64,000 bases of DNA from Camelus dromedarius (Eukaryota), in NCBI RefSeq assembly GCF_036321535.1, contig NC_087452.1:11594001-11658000 (forward strand), in the 5' to 3' direction. The notes under the pieces were generated by a model. That model was not told the origin of the DNA, did not search any database, and saw only the letters and a program-made list of their open reading frames with translations. Positions within the stretch are counted from its first letter, which is position 1, and each line of letters opens with the position of its first letter. Both the position numbers and the translations under genes were made by a program. Positions 25,956 through 40,300 of the stretch are shown here, one piece after another.

Positions 25956-27639
25956 TTGCTGTTTCAGTGTTCCATCTAGTAAATGGCCCCTTTCTCTCTA
26001 AAAAGTGGGATTGAAGGTTCAGTAGATGCTTCTCTGTGAAGCACAATTTGAGAGACCCTGATGCAGAGGTATACCAAATCAGTAAATTGCCAGTCTACAT
26101 ACCCCACTTAAAACACTGCCCACCCAGTGAGAGCCAGAGCTGCAGACACTGCTTCGGCTGCCATTACTACACTCATTTGTCCGCCACTACCTGTCATGAC
26201 TGCAACTGCTCAGCCAGCCAGGGATGGACCACCCCACTCTGAGCTGAGTGTTTTCTGAGATGTACATTATTTACTGACCTGACAACCTCACTTTCTGTCT
26301 TTTAGTTCTTATTTTGACAAATAATTTCAAAAGGCAAGTGTGAATAAAGGACATTGTTTGTTAAAATTTTTAGAACTTCTTGTTAGGATTTTCTTTCTTT
26401 TCTTCAACTGCTTTTAAGTGAATGGGCCTCTGGAACACAATATATGGATTCAGAAATTTGGGTTTTGATGGTTACCAATGATAGATGTTAAATTTTACAA
26501 TACAAAGAGCTTACATAAAATGTGCATTTATGGCAGTGAAAAACTCATTCATCATATTGTAAAAAAAGAATTCAAGTAATTGAGTCTTTTAACAGACATT
26601 ATTTTACTGCATTTTATTTTAAGAAACATGAATGAAGTACGTTTTTTTACAGAGACTATTCTTCTAAAATGTACAGCAGTTATTTATTTGCATCTAGTTT
26701 TTCTTATGCTCAAGTGAGTTCCAAGAGGAAGAGGACTATGAAATTATCAATTAAACAGATTTAATTATTAGAGTCTCCCTTTTCCTCACTAGAATTGAGA
26801 CTGGGGAATGCACAACTCTTAAATATGTCTGAGCACTTTGGTAATTAACAGGTTCCGTTCATATGAAAATAGGTAGAGATCAGAGAAAAAGTTAAAGATG
26901 AAGAAACATTTAACACAGTATGTCACAAAGCAAACATTCTACCTAACTCCATTTGAAGGGTCACATAGATAAACTTCCTCTCTTTAAGGTTTAAAGTAGG
27001 TGAAAATTAATCTTAGCAACCCTTTCTTCTACCACCTGATGAAAACGGAACTTAACATCAAGATCTATAAACTCTAAGTCCCCATTTTATCCTTCACACA
27101 CACACACAAAAATCAGTCTTAAAAATCATTTAGCCAATTCCAAAGAGAAGGAAAGTATAGTTCTAAGGAGCACTCTCAGTTTAATGAACGTGTTTTATTT
27201 ACAAAATGATGATTTATGGCCATATCTATTAACCAATAGGGAAAATATATGAAGCTGCTTAAAATATATATGAGACACTAAACTATGTAGCAGAGACTAA
27301 AAATTTCAGTGTTTGTGTGTGAGTGTGTGTGTGTGATGTCCATATATATCTCAGCCACAAGAGTTGAAGACACTATATTTTGCAGTTATAAATAAGTCCC
27401 ATGAAGCTCTGAGATAACAAAGGATTCCTTTGCAATGCCTTGTGTCCAAATTCACAGCATCAGAGGCCAACAGAAAGTGATTTCTAGAAAAATTCAATAA
27501 GGTAATAAAAAGCTTAGAAAACACTTAAGAGTAAATGCTAAAATGACACGTTGTCCCCTACACAGAAACGCTGCTCGCTGCCTCATCAGATTAGAAAGGT
27601 CACACTCCAGGACTTTGGTCGGGTGTTACCTCCTCTGAG

Positions 27640-27865
27640 TTTTTTATCTCCAATGCCACCCACCACCCTTTCCTTCACATTTACCTGGAGCTCTCTGCTT
27701 ATACCATTGATGGCGCTTCACACATTTTCTTCTTCTGTTCACTGTGAGAAATTACAAACTAAAGATCATATTTATTTTAAATCAGTGAATCGGTCTGAAC
27801 TGAGCTTCTGCCTGCCTCATAATATGTATACATTCAACAAAATGTTGGTTGACTAAATGACTGTT
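27640..27865 (+). mobile_element. L2 LINE 3' end
   Basis: CACTGTGAGAAATTACAAACTAAAGATCATAT...CATTCAACAAAATGTTGGTTGACTAAATGA tail. Confidence 0.5.
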
Positions 27866-29899
27866 GAAATATTCAGCTGAAAACACTGGCCAAAGGATGA
27901 AGTAATAATTGGCTCCTGCTCCCGCTCTCTCAAGGCAATTCAATTCAATTCTAACTAATTTAATTCAACTTCACTCAACAGGCATTTAGGAAGGGTCTAG
28001 CCTTTGCCTGTAATAGAGATATAAATGGTTTTTTGACCTGCATTATCTCTTCGATTGCCTTAACGCTTTACTTTGCCAATAAAGGCACAGTTTACGCTGA
28101 CAACCAGGAATTAATTACAGTGGGCTGGAAATCATAGCAGTGATCCAAGTTTTCTGGGAGCAAAACAAGAATAAATAGATAAAAAATGTGTTCTCCAGAA
28201 TTCTGTAGATTGTACATAAGCATATATTTATGTACCAGTCTTTTAAGTAACCTACTAGTCTTTCTTTAGTGGTCTTGAAAGAGAAACAATTATTGAATGT
28301 CATGAATTAACTTTTCTCCTATAGATCTAGAATAGTATCAGAACAGCAGGAGTACTCCTTGGGAGAAATGAGAAAACAGTCATTCAAATTATTTCCTGTG
28401 TTTTAGTGGTTTTGTGTCTAACCCCTAAAAAGACAGGCTGCCATTGTCTCTATTAGAGATTGCATGCAGATATATATGGATGTAGTTTTTCATAACTTAT
28501 TTCATTGAATTAGTAATTAATTAAAGGAACTAGTGGTTTTTAGCAGTATACACAACCATGGGATTAAGGCAGGGGATTCACTTTAGTATTGAGCTCTTTG
28601 ATTTGAATCATTTAGATAACTGGCTTAACTCTCCATATGACCCCTCTTGGACAATCCCTGAAACAGATTCCAGGAGACATTAACTGTTGAAAAAGGCTCT
28701 TCCTAGAGATGGTTTAGGAGAGGGTCCTTCTCCTTTGTCTCAGGATTTAACAGAGCTCCACACAAAACAATAACTGTTCTAATGTTCCCAACTGGTAAGA
28801 TTCCTTGAGTATAAAGAGGGCTTTCTGTTAGGAGACAGAAGGCAGAAATTACATAGAAGTAAACAGGAATGGTGCTTCAAATGAATTTAGCATCACTTTT
28901 GTGGAGGAAAAGGATGATAAGTCTTTGAGTCAATCACTAAATTGGCTTCAAGGAGGGGAAAAAACCTTGTGTAGTGATGGAGAACTTCAGTTGTTCAGAC
29001 CTTCACTACAAAGTATATTCAACAAGGAGATGATTTGATTAGATCACTGTTAGAATTCCTGCCACAGCTAAGATTCAACGATTGCAAGATAAAGAGAGCC
29101 AGGCTGGGTAATTACAAAACAGACTGCCATCTTCCACTGTCTCAATAAAAGTTGTGCTTTTAGTAGATCCAGGTAGTGCTTCCTCCCAGGAAACGCACAC
29201 ACCTGGGGCTGGCATCCCAGTTCAATTGCACCTTGTTTCTGGCCCTTGAAAATGTCAAATTCTTCCCGAGCTCAAGACTTTTACACATCCCTCTCCCTTC
29301 ATTCTCTCCATAACTGACTTTATCTAACACTAAGTCTCAGCTTTGTGCCACCACTTCATGAAGACTTCCCCTGAATATACCAAGTAGACCTTCTCTACCC
29401 CAATAATTTCATCCACAGCATAAATCTCTATCTGTGACTTATTAAGTATGTGTCTTTTTTCTTCCCAATAGAATATAAGCTTATAGGGTGAGAGCCATAT
29501 TTCCTTCTCCCAACGACTGGGATACACAAGGTGCTCCATATATATTTTATTGGATACAGAATGCAAGAGCCTATGGATGGAGAGAGGAAAGGAAAGAGTT
29601 CAGATGACATTTGGGAATGGCCTGGGGAATGACAGATGCTCAGTTACTCAAATAATGCCCCCAAAAGTGAGCAGAAGCTCAACTGGATGAGGTCTCAGAA
29701 GTGCATCAGAAATGAGCACACGAAGATGCACTGGCTTCAATAATACCTGGCTCATTGCTTGTGCAGTGAGAGTTACTGCCTGATTTTTCTGGATGGTTTG
29801 CCATTTGCAAAGCATTACAGATTAAGTATAGCCAACCAGGTAGACTGGATAATCTTGCCTATTTCTTAAGAGATACTCTATTCTATACTCTACATGTTT

Positions 29900-30510
29900 A
29901 CTCACCTAACTCTTTCTTTAGTGTTTTCACTGTTTTGACTTCATAAATAGCCTCCTCGCTTAGCTAAGCCTGATTCAGGCTTCAGATGTTGGTGCAAAAA
30001 TGCCCTCCTCAGGAAACCTTCACTGACCACATAATTATAACGATTTCTAAGTCCCTGTACTTTCCCTCCATAATAATAAATGTGTATGTGTATATATTTA
30101 TATGCATTTTTTTATTTCTTTAAAAGTTTTTTTTAACATTTTTTATTGAGTTATAATCATTTCACAATGTTCTGTCAAATTCCAGTATAGAGCACAATTT
30201 TTCAGTTATACATGAACATACATATATTCACTGTCACATTTTTTTTCTCTGTGAGCTACCATTAGATCTTGTATCTATTTCCCTGTGCTATATAGTATAA
30301 TCTTGTTTATCTATTCTACATTCTGGAGATCAAGCCTTTGTCAGTTTCATTTGCAAAAATTTTCTCCCATTCCGTGTATGTATTTTTAAAGTAAATTTTT
30401 ATATCCCTGAGCTCAAGGCCAATGTGCCTCTTTGTTCTCCACTATATTCCCATTAACTATAGGGACTTGTACACAGAATGAGTACCATAAACAGTTGTTG
30501 ACTGGATTAA
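29900..30510 (+). mobile_element. L2 3' end interrupted by the L1 at 30099-30387
   Basis: CCCTCCTCAGGAAACCTTCACTGACCAC on the left; CTTTGTTCTCCACTATATTCCC...ACACAGAATGAGTACCATAAACAGTTGTTGACTG on the right. Confidence 0.55.
30099..30387 (-). mobile_element. Younger, camelid-like L1: 3' UTR fused to an ORF2 fragment, with probable TSD
   Basis: T-rich tail plus TTTATTGAGTTATAATCATTTCACAATG...GAGCACAATTTTTCAGTTATACATGAACATAC. Minus strand of about 30321-30371 encodes EWEKIFANETDKGLISR (L1 ORF2p). Flanks are TATATGCATTTTT and TGTATGTATTTTT|AA. Confidence 0.85.
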
Positions 30511-33439
30511 CTGGGTAATCATGACTCATTTCACTGTTTCATGGATTTTCTTCATTAAAAAAAAAACCAATTTGAAACAATTACACAAAATTCAGTTTCA
30601 CGCATGATTTTTGTAAAATAAAGTAGAGATGTTTGTATCAGAACCCCATTTTCAATGTTCCACATCCCATTTTCCTCCACAGAGAAAGAGAATTCACTTT
30701 CAACACATATTTTCTGCATCTACATACATATAAAGAAATGGACATACTTTTCTTTCTATTTGTTAAACAAAGAGTATCATCATGCGCATATTATTCTACA
30801 CATTTCTTTTCTCATAGATTTGCATATCCCTTCTTATCAGCACATACTGACCTGCCTTATAATTTTAATAGGTTTATCTTTACCACTGTTGGTGGGGACC
30901 GTAACTTTTAGAACTCTTCCCCTATATACAGACACTTCTACCATTTCTAATTTTCACGTATGACCCAGGTGCAACTAATACCCCTTAATACACTTATTAT
31001 TATACACATGTTTAATGTTTTTGGATGACAGAATCTTAGATCAAACACCCACCCTTGCCCCCATGTGAGTGTTTTCTTTTTTTCCTAAAGGTGCATCACA
31101 TCCTGGATGGAATGCCCATTTTACTTCACAAGATTATCAAAGTTTGAAAGTTGGATATGCGAAGATCTTGGCATCATGATTCAATTCTAATTTTCATCAG
31201 CAACTTGGAAAACTCACAAGTTGTTTAGATGAGTCTGTATCATAATTTGAGCACATCTGTCTTGTTCAGCTAACTTGTACCCCAGGGTGATGTAAAAAAA
31301 GCTCAACCAGAAGAAATACAAACGTTGAAATAAAAACACACGTAGAATAAAGCAAATGTGCACAGCCCTTTCCAAAACCTGATTAGGATTGTCTCCTGAC
31401 ACAACCACTATGAGTAAATCATTTCTAAACATAATGCACCCCTTGATCAGGCAAACTAACTGAACAGATTTTTTAAATTTGCACCCCATAATAACTGAAT
31501 AGCCAACAAAAATATCACTCATAAATATGGTGTATTCCAATGATAAGAACCTAAATTATTCCTTCTATGAGATTTTTGACAGGATGCCAAAATCAAATGG
31601 TAAGAAAAATATTAAGCGTTTTTCTCACTCTAATGTAGGACAATAAATCTGGCACCAACTGACCAGTGTACTCAACACAATTTATGAACAGTCAAACTAC
31701 CCAGTAGGAAGTTTTATAATAGAAAGAATATTTTTAAAAGAAGAAAAAAAAAAGACTTTTGGTACAGATAAAGCAGCAAAAAACCCCTGAAATATCCATG
31801 GAGCAATCTAATGACTATCAAAGTCACTAGAACTTCAGTTTTAAGTAGTCGAATACTGGATTTATATCAGCAAAACCAGAACAAATTTTTAATTAACATT
31901 TCTCTTTTGCAGAAAAATCAAAGGTACATTTTAGCCACATTTGTTTGTTTGTTTTTGGCAAACAGTATTCCACGGAGGCAGTTTGGAGGAAAGGAAAGTT
32001 TCTACAGCACCTCTCAGAAATCAGAGCGAGTGTTTGAATGAGCATGATCAATGTTCATTAAGTGAGCTAAACTGACAGGTACACAAAGTGGCACCACATG
32101 GTTGTGCATCTGAGCTTTCTATAATGAATAAATGGAGCGTGTGATCCCCAAGGCAGCTGCACCAGCCATAACTTTGTATTTGACACTTGACTGCCCTTAG
32201 GAGTCTGTTTGTCAAAAATCGTCCATTTGGAAAAAGCAAAAAAAAAGTAAAGAAAGGCAAAAACTTGTGAGGCTTTCTAGAGGGCGGTTACACACAAGCT
32301 CCTCGAGAACATCACTTTAGGAGTCAGACTGTTCTGCCATGAATCAATTATTTATTTTATTGGTTATCAGCTTATTACTGTTAGAGTTCATTCAAAGTTC
32401 ATTCCACTAGAAATAATGGCATCACCTTACATGCTAAAATCCAAAGCTCCTGTGAAAAGGTGGGCAATGCTGCTTTCCCACTTTGGCATAGGAATTCAGA
32501 TTTGGCACCAGAGATGCAGGACAGGTTGGGGACAGGGATAAAAGATACTTAGCTCCTGGACAACACAGCACTCACTAATTTGCATGAAATCTTCTATCTC
32601 ATGACCTGATGGTTCCTCTACCTCTGCAAATGATCAAGTATCCCTTTGAAACCATGTCACTGTCAGACACTAGGGAAAAAAAAAGATAGGATGTTAACAG
32701 ATCTTTCTCTACATCAAATAATCTCCACACCGTGACAATAAGATGAAGCCATCCGTCCAAAAATCCTGAATTGTTATGAGAATGTACAGAAGCTCATGAA
32801 ATGCTCAAATAATTCCTGTATCTCATTTCAAATCAGAAATACCAACCATTTATAGGGAATAAACAACAGGCAGTGGAAACCAACTTGCAGAACAATAGCT
32901 TTAGCTTGTAAGGGCTTGATCCAAATCTTTGATTACCTTCCTGATCCTGTCTCTCAGGAACCCAAATAGTGTTTCATTATTATGACATTAAGAATCTGTC
33001 ATTGAGAAGATGTTTTTGTTTTTTAGGGACAATGAAGAAGACAACATTTGTTTGGAGGTGAAAGAAGGAACCTTGGCTCCCATCAAATTCAGATCGCCCA
33101 CTTTATAAAAAGGCACAGAATTACAGAACAGAAACCCAAGGCCCTGTTGTCACTGTTTCTACCCTGGTGAGGCCCAGAGCGGGGAGCACTTGGAGTCGGG
33201 GGTGGGCGCTCAGGATCAAGGGCAGAGAAGCTCAATGGATACACAAATGGGCCTAAAAATCTGGTCTGCATTCCTCCATTTTTTGTTCCCCTGGACAGTG
33301 TTCCTCATGTGCAATACCCCTCCCCACATCTGTGGAACTTTCTCTCTGGTGAGAGCCACCTGGTGACTGCCTTTGTAACCCACTGTCGGAGTACAGAAAC
33401 GTTACGTTGCCCATAGCCGTTAGTTACAGAGGCCGCATT

Positions 33440-33700
33440 AGACAGTGGCTAGAAGCACAAAATCAAACACGTACACAGTGTTCACATGGCAAGTTTTATA
33501 AAGAACATCTCCAAGTCCAGCTGTGCTTTCGGCTTCTGGCTAAGCAAATTACATAATCTCTCTGTGACTAAGGTTTCTCATTGGTAAAATGAGAATAACA
33601 GCTCTATCTCAAAAAATGGCCATGACCAGTATGTCAGATCATGACTGTAAAATGCTTAGCATTTTGCCTAACCAAGTAAGCGTTCCATACACAGTAGCTA
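33440..33700 (+). mobile_element. MIR SINE (probably with an interruption)
   Basis: AATCTCTCTGTGACTAAGGTTTCTCATTGGTAAAATGAGAATAACAGC...TGTAAAATGCTTAGCA. Confidence 0.55.
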
Positions 33701-34059
33701 TATTGTAAATGAATTCAGTCTCTGCCCAATCTTCCATGTACAAACACTAAACTTCAGGGAGGACACGTGTCATTCAGCAGAATGCTCAATCAGAATGTGA
33801 AAAGGGGCTTCAAGTACCAATTGTCTGGTGCTGCCCATTACAGCACAATAGAAAAAGGAAATTAACATCAACATACAAAACCCTCTTAAAGACACCCTAA
33901 AGCTCACTCCCTACTGCCTCCTGACAGCAAGGCATTGATTGTTACAGGATGTCGATTATTAGGGTGATGGGACTGGAATGTGTAAAACTACCATGAAGTA
34001 AGGGCTGGTTCTAAAAACCCTTTCAGGATGGCTTGCTCTTGCCAGCTGGGTGTGGGATG

Positions 34060-34534
34060 TGTCTTAGTTTGGGTTCTTCCAGAATCTGACTCTGACACAA
34101 GTATTACAATAAAACAAGTTTATTTAGGAAGCGCAGGTAACGCAAGAAAGAGAGAACATTTTACAGAGGAGTAAAAACATCCAATAAATAATATTTTTGC
34201 AATACCCCTCCCCACTCACGTCTGTGGAAGTTTCTCTCTGCTTTCACCACAGCTAATATTGTGCAAATATTGCGGGGTTATCCTGCCTGAGGGGCAAGGG
34301 AGCTAGGGTACTTACCCAACATCATTCGAGAGTCACTAGTGGAGGGGCTACTTCCAGGGGATGTTAGTTCTCAGCATTTAAAGCTCGGTTGATACATAGG
34401 GGCAGTGCCATTTCCCAGAGTTCCAGGAAAAGAGACCTTAGGAAAAGGGCTGTAGGCAATAGCGGTTGGAAGTCCTCAGAAACATAATTAAGGATCTCAG
34501 GCAAACAGACAGGGTGCTGACAGCACCAGATACA
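34060..34534 (-). mobile_element. ERVL-class solo LTR (LTR16/LTR33-like)
   Basis: TG...CA termini; TGTCTTAGTTTGGGTTCTTCCAGAATCTGACTCTGACACAAG...AAGTTTATTTAGGAAG matches the antisense 3' end of this LTR group; other end is GGGTGCTGACAGCACCAGATACA. Confidence 0.65.
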
Positions 34535-37099
34535 GGAGGTCAACATGTCTACTTATACCATTTGGTGCATCAGCAACAAATCCCAGCTAATTCCCTCAGA
34601 CTGTACATGCCAGATTATCTTCCAGACATCATGTTGTCCAGTGACCATGACTTTCAGCAGAATCAATACCTCAGAACTATTCAACCTTTAACTAAAAATT
34701 AAAGTCACCAAGTGCAATCATTAGAAACAGTCAATGTTTTGAAACCATAAAGAAAATATTTGAGCTGATGTGTGGGCTTATGTCTGTGTATATGTGTGAG
34801 GGAAAGTGGAATAAGTAGATCCCAGAAATCACTCTCTTTTGGATACACATGATTACTCCTTTAAAGATCCGGCAAAGTCATTTAATACAAGAAGGCGTTT
34901 GCTTATCCATAAGTTTCCTTAACATATCCTTTGCTCCTCATCATCTTCTGTATGACAATTTATTATGCTTGTTAGTAGAAGTTTTAAAAATTGCTTCAAA
35001 AGTACATTTCAGATTTAGTCACACCATGTTATTTGACATAAAAGTGCTTTATCTTTTAGTTGCAGACTTTTCTATCTACTATGTTATATTATGGCATCCA
35101 TATTACATTTCCCTAAAATGCCAGCATTTTTTGAATCATTGAGCTGGAAGGGACTTAAGAAGTTCAGTTTATTCTGTCTCCTAACTGGAAACAAGTAAGT
35201 GCTGGATATATCCTGAACACATGAGGATCTCTGGAAACACCGTTACCCCCCATCACTTTCTTTATTTCCTTGTAGGACATTCCAAATTCTTTTTAAACTC
35301 TATTTATCCCTAAAAATTATAACACCTTAACAAAGTTAAAAATTTTAAGATACAGAGAGCTGTAGTAGAGTAAAATGTAGATGATAATCTTTCAAGCTTT
35401 TCAGCCAATGGGAATTTTGGGTACATAATTCATGTCAGGAGGTTATTTGTTAAATGACTGATTACTGTAATAATGCAATATTAACTATTATTCAAAGCAG
35501 CTTATTTGTTCCATTATTGGGCAATTCAATTTGCAGAAACTCCTTTTAAAATTTGAACCATATTGGCTATTTAATGTCTACCTATTAATCCTAGTCCTGA
35601 ATCCTAGAACAAGCTTAAATCTATTTTTACCACAAAATCTTGAAAAAAAGTCTTTTATCTCTCTGGGCCTCGGTGACCTTGTCCTGCAGTAAGAGTCACA
35701 CTTTTTTTTACCCTATACATCTAAGGCTTCTTCCGCCTCCTGAAATTCTCTAAACTCTGTGATACAAACATCATGCACTTTAAATTACTCCTTTCCTTCA
35801 CAATGCAAGCCAACACTGATTAAAAGAGATATTGATTACGTTCCTCAATTCAACGTTCCAGAAATCATTTTATGTGTTATTTCTTCTTAATATAGTACAT
35901 CCTGCCCTCTACATAGCAGAAATGCTGAATGACTTCCTCTTGCTGAAACCCCTTATGTGCATTACAAAAGTGGCATCATTTCCCCGATTCTTTATTTCAG
36001 CTTCATCAATAGTTATTAGACACATAAATGCAATTGCCAAATTATAGCTTTATGCTGATACTGGGCCATGTTAAATAGCGTGTAACAGGACAGGAAGTAA
36101 ACGTTTGCTACTGGGGGAAATTCTATTGTACCTAATGGTTTAGCAGCAATTTTAGCACTCGGGCTGTAAGCAGTTTGATGTTGTGAACTGGTATCTTAGT
36201 TAGCATTTGTAAATACTCTCAATATATTATTTTCAAGAGGTTGTTCTAATCTCTTTTTATTAGTTCGTTTTTTTTTTTTTACAATCACTCCCCGAGGGGT
36301 CTCTTGGCAAGTAATTAATATGAGGGATGAGAGAAGAGCAGCAGTTCACAGCCTTGCTCAAAACCCCAGGGGGAGAGTGAAACAGTTCAGGGCAAACTCA
36401 GTACTTCTGAATCCAAAGCTTGACTCAGACCATGGATTGAGGTTTCTGTTTTTGAAACCAACTCAAAATGTTGTTGTTAATGTCCTTGGGTTGGTTCACG
36501 AGGCAGTAGATAGTGTATTCAATTGAAGGAACTGGATTCTACTCCTGAATGTGCCACCAACTGTCTCTCTGACTAAGAACCAAACAACCACAGGACTGAA
36601 ATAGCCCTGAGAGGACCACCCACCGCACCACTCCTCCCAGGGGACTTATCCTTACACATTTGCTAACTTACATTTGCTTTAACACTAAAAAGAGAGGAGA
36701 AGAGGAGAAATAGAGAATACGCTTTATGGAAACCAAATGCACCTCTGTCTGGTCCAGGGCATATAGATACCCCAACGGAGTGGGCAACAGGACACCTCAT
36801 AGGTAGCTGGAGCCTTTATAACCTGTCTGCCAGCCCTCCGCTGAGATGGGGACTGATAAACTGTGTGACTTTGGATAAAAGCAGCAACTCTGAAGCAGGA
36901 ATAAGTCAGGACACCAGAAACCCCTTGATTCATTTACAGCACAAGTTACACAGGCTTTTGAGAATCAACAGTAGCAAGTAGAAACTCAAATGAGGACGCA
37001 CTAGAGTCCACAAATGTAAAGCCCACAGAGGGTGCACACCAGCCCTGCTGCCGGCAGCCCCTAACTTTGATACATTAATACTCTCATCTGTTAATGCAA

Positions 37100-37310
37100 A
37101 GATGGCTCAACTATCATTCAAGGGCATTTATGGGCAACAGATATTTCACCCATGCCATACAAAGCAGATGTTCCTACTACCTCCATTTTAAAGATGCAAA
37201 CTCTCAAGGCTACATGAAGCTAAATGAAGTCAATTTCCCCAAGGCCACAACATCAGTACATGGCGGAGTCAGAATAGAAGGCGACATAATCCAGAAACTC
37301 GAATCTTAAT
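37100..37310 (-). mobile_element. MIR SINE
   Basis: CCTCCATTTTAAAGATGCAAACTCTCAAGGCT...AATTTCCCCAAGGCCACA. Confidence 0.55.
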
Positions 37311-40300
37311 GATCCTATTTTCTTTGGAGGATTCAGGTGGTCCATGTTAGGAATGACCTCATGAGGGAATCAGAGTCTAACCTACAAAGTCCTCTTTTAT
37401 TATATAAAATCATTATCTGCTTGGTATATTTTTAATTTCTCTCTCCACTAGAATGTTCACTCTGTAAGGACAGGACACTGCATGTAACCTAATGCTTATT
37501 TCATAGCCGTTGAGTGACTAAATAATTCTCAACTCCAGTTCACCTTCTGTTTGGAATCCACCCAGTAGTTAAGAGCATCATAGTAATATGAACATAGGTT
37601 ATAAAGTGGGTTCTTAAGCTTCCAGAGTTGGTAGTGAAGGAGAATGTGGTGAAATCCAGACCTCTAATGAGACAAGGCCAACGTGAATTAAAGAAAGCAT
37701 TCAAAGAGGAGGTGAAAATAAGCTAGGCCAACAGTAACCACATATGAATGAAGAATCAGAGATTTGAGAAGCTTATGAAATTCATAGCCATGTTATTAGT
37801 ACAAGGATGAAAAAGAAAAAAGCAAAGAAATTTAGTCTAGGGGACCATCAAAGCAAAACACTGGTTAGACAGAAAAGTACAGCCAGCAAAATTTACCTCC
37901 CTTCTTATTCTTACTATGGGACTAAAACTAATGTGACGTGTTTAATCCATTTCTTCTTTCTTATAAAATGACCCATCATATTCTTGTCCTTGCACATGTT
38001 ATGAGTTTATAAAAGTGCCTAACAATTTCCTACACCTAGTTAAGCCCAATGAAACTCTGTGCTATTACAAAGCTGATCCATGAACTGCAGCTCTATAAAA
38101 TTCATATAGATTTCCAGGAGGTTGGGCAATTATGGTTCTTTCATTCAGAGAGCAAGAGTTTGATGTGGGCAAAACATTATGGGGCCTTTACAAGCCAACA
38201 CAATCAATACTTTTACAAAATGCGGTTGCTCCTGGACGGGTCATTCATGCTGAGAAGCATACGGACAGAGGCTACAAAACTACAGAAGAACACATTTAAC
38301 ACCATGGTGTATGAGTAGGTGGCCCTCTTTTAAGTTAACAGAGAAGTCAGAATAGCTCACCTACAGGATACAAACAGGGCTGCTCTTAAGTCAGTTACCA
38401 ATACAGAAAGTGATTAAACCTACACTTGCATTATACTTATTATATTAGAAATAAAGGTTTGGATGAGAACTGCTTCCTAATGCTGGGATACCTGAAGAGT
38501 TTTCCAACCAAATTCACTCAACACGTATCTTTTTCCTCTTGTTATGTGTTTTTCTTTTAAGGTACAAATAGATGATTGTTGGTTTTAGATAAGATCCTTG
38601 AACCTATATTCCTAAATCTAACCCATTCCAAGTGTTCTTTGTTGTGCTATTTTGGGCAGGTCTTATTAAGGTAATGATGGCTTTATAAAAATAATTTTTT
38701 TAAGATTTCCTTCTTTCTTCATACTCCAGGAAAAACTAAATTTAGAAAATCTGTTTTTTGAAGGTGTAGGCGTGACAATTTCTTGGAAAGTAGTTTTTGA
38801 AAAACGTCACTGATTTCTTTTATAAGTTACTGGTTTGTTTAGGTTTTCTTTTTAAGTCCACTATGAGAATACTCCTAATCATATAAATAATGTATAATCA
38901 CTATAAAAATGACACAATTCCATAGAAATGTTTTAACCATTTGAATTCTCACCCAATAATATTTTAGTGAAAATCATTATATGTATTTTTAAATGCACAT
39001 AGGCCATTTGTGTACCATATCCCTTTATAGTAGCCTTTGTATTTCACTGCCCTTTTAAAATCTTACAAGCTTGTTTCATTCACTGAGAAATATTTATGTG
39101 AGACATAAGTGCAAGGTCCTATGCTAACTGATAAAGGAGAAACCAATTAACACCTAAAATGTGCTCCCCAAAGAAGTTACATTCTCACGGTTGGGATGAA
39201 ATGTCTATGTAAATAATGTAAGTACCATCTCTGGTAACTGAAAGGCATGGACCTTTGGCACCCATCAACCATCTTACATTGGTAGAAAAATCTGAAATCC
39301 CACAATCAGGAAGGTCTTACCATCTTCCAGCCATATCTCCATGCCATCCACCCTTCATATGCTGGAGGTACTGTCCCTAGCGCTCACAGTGAGAGGGAGA
39401 CTGAGGTCTCTGTCATCCTTTCCACCCAATTAGCAGCACCAATACAGATCCTGGATGCCAACGTAGGGATTAGGCAGAACACTGAGCTGTCAGCACTAAA
39501 AATGTGAAATCTTTGACTAAAAAAAAAATCCACAACTGTGGCTGCCAATAGTAGGTACTTAGAAACAGCAATTTAATTTAATATTTATAGATTCAGGGCT
39601 TTATACATAAATCTTTATAGAAACATATTTAAAATTTTATTTTTAAAAGATAAAGACTTAAGATGACACACCTGTATGTTCAACAAGTTTGATGTTTATC
39701 TTGTTTTTTCACACCTAAAGCATTCTCCTAATATAAGAAGGCTTGGTGTTTCAAAGGGTGAAATGTGAGTTTTCTTTTGTTATTCTTAGAGTAATGTTCT
39801 GGATGCTGAAAGGAAGCAGTTGAAATGATTCAATCAAGACCATTGTTGAAGTAATTTAAACTGGAGTGGCTCATTATTTGTAGTCAAGAAGCAATTTCTC
39901 TACAGTTGTTATCATTCACTTTGGCTCAGCTAAAGTAGAGATACAAGAGCCAGAGTGAAGGAAAATACTTAGCCTTTCGGCAACTTCAGTTACAGAAAAT
40001 AGTCAATCGGTTAATTCACATACTACAATTTTACTATGTGAATGTATATAGGATCATACGGAATCTTGTACATATTTTGAATAAAATGACTTGCCTATGT
40101 GGAACAAATGAAGTAAGAGCTAACATTTAGTTTCTTATCTACTCTGAAGGTATAGTCTAACTTAATCATCACAACTTTATGATGTAGGTTCCAATATCAT
40201 CGTTATTACAAATGAATAAAGTAAGAGCCGGTGAATTTTAGTAAATTGCTTCAAGTCACTCAACAGCAAGCAGGATATCGAGGCTTCAAACTCACCTTAA

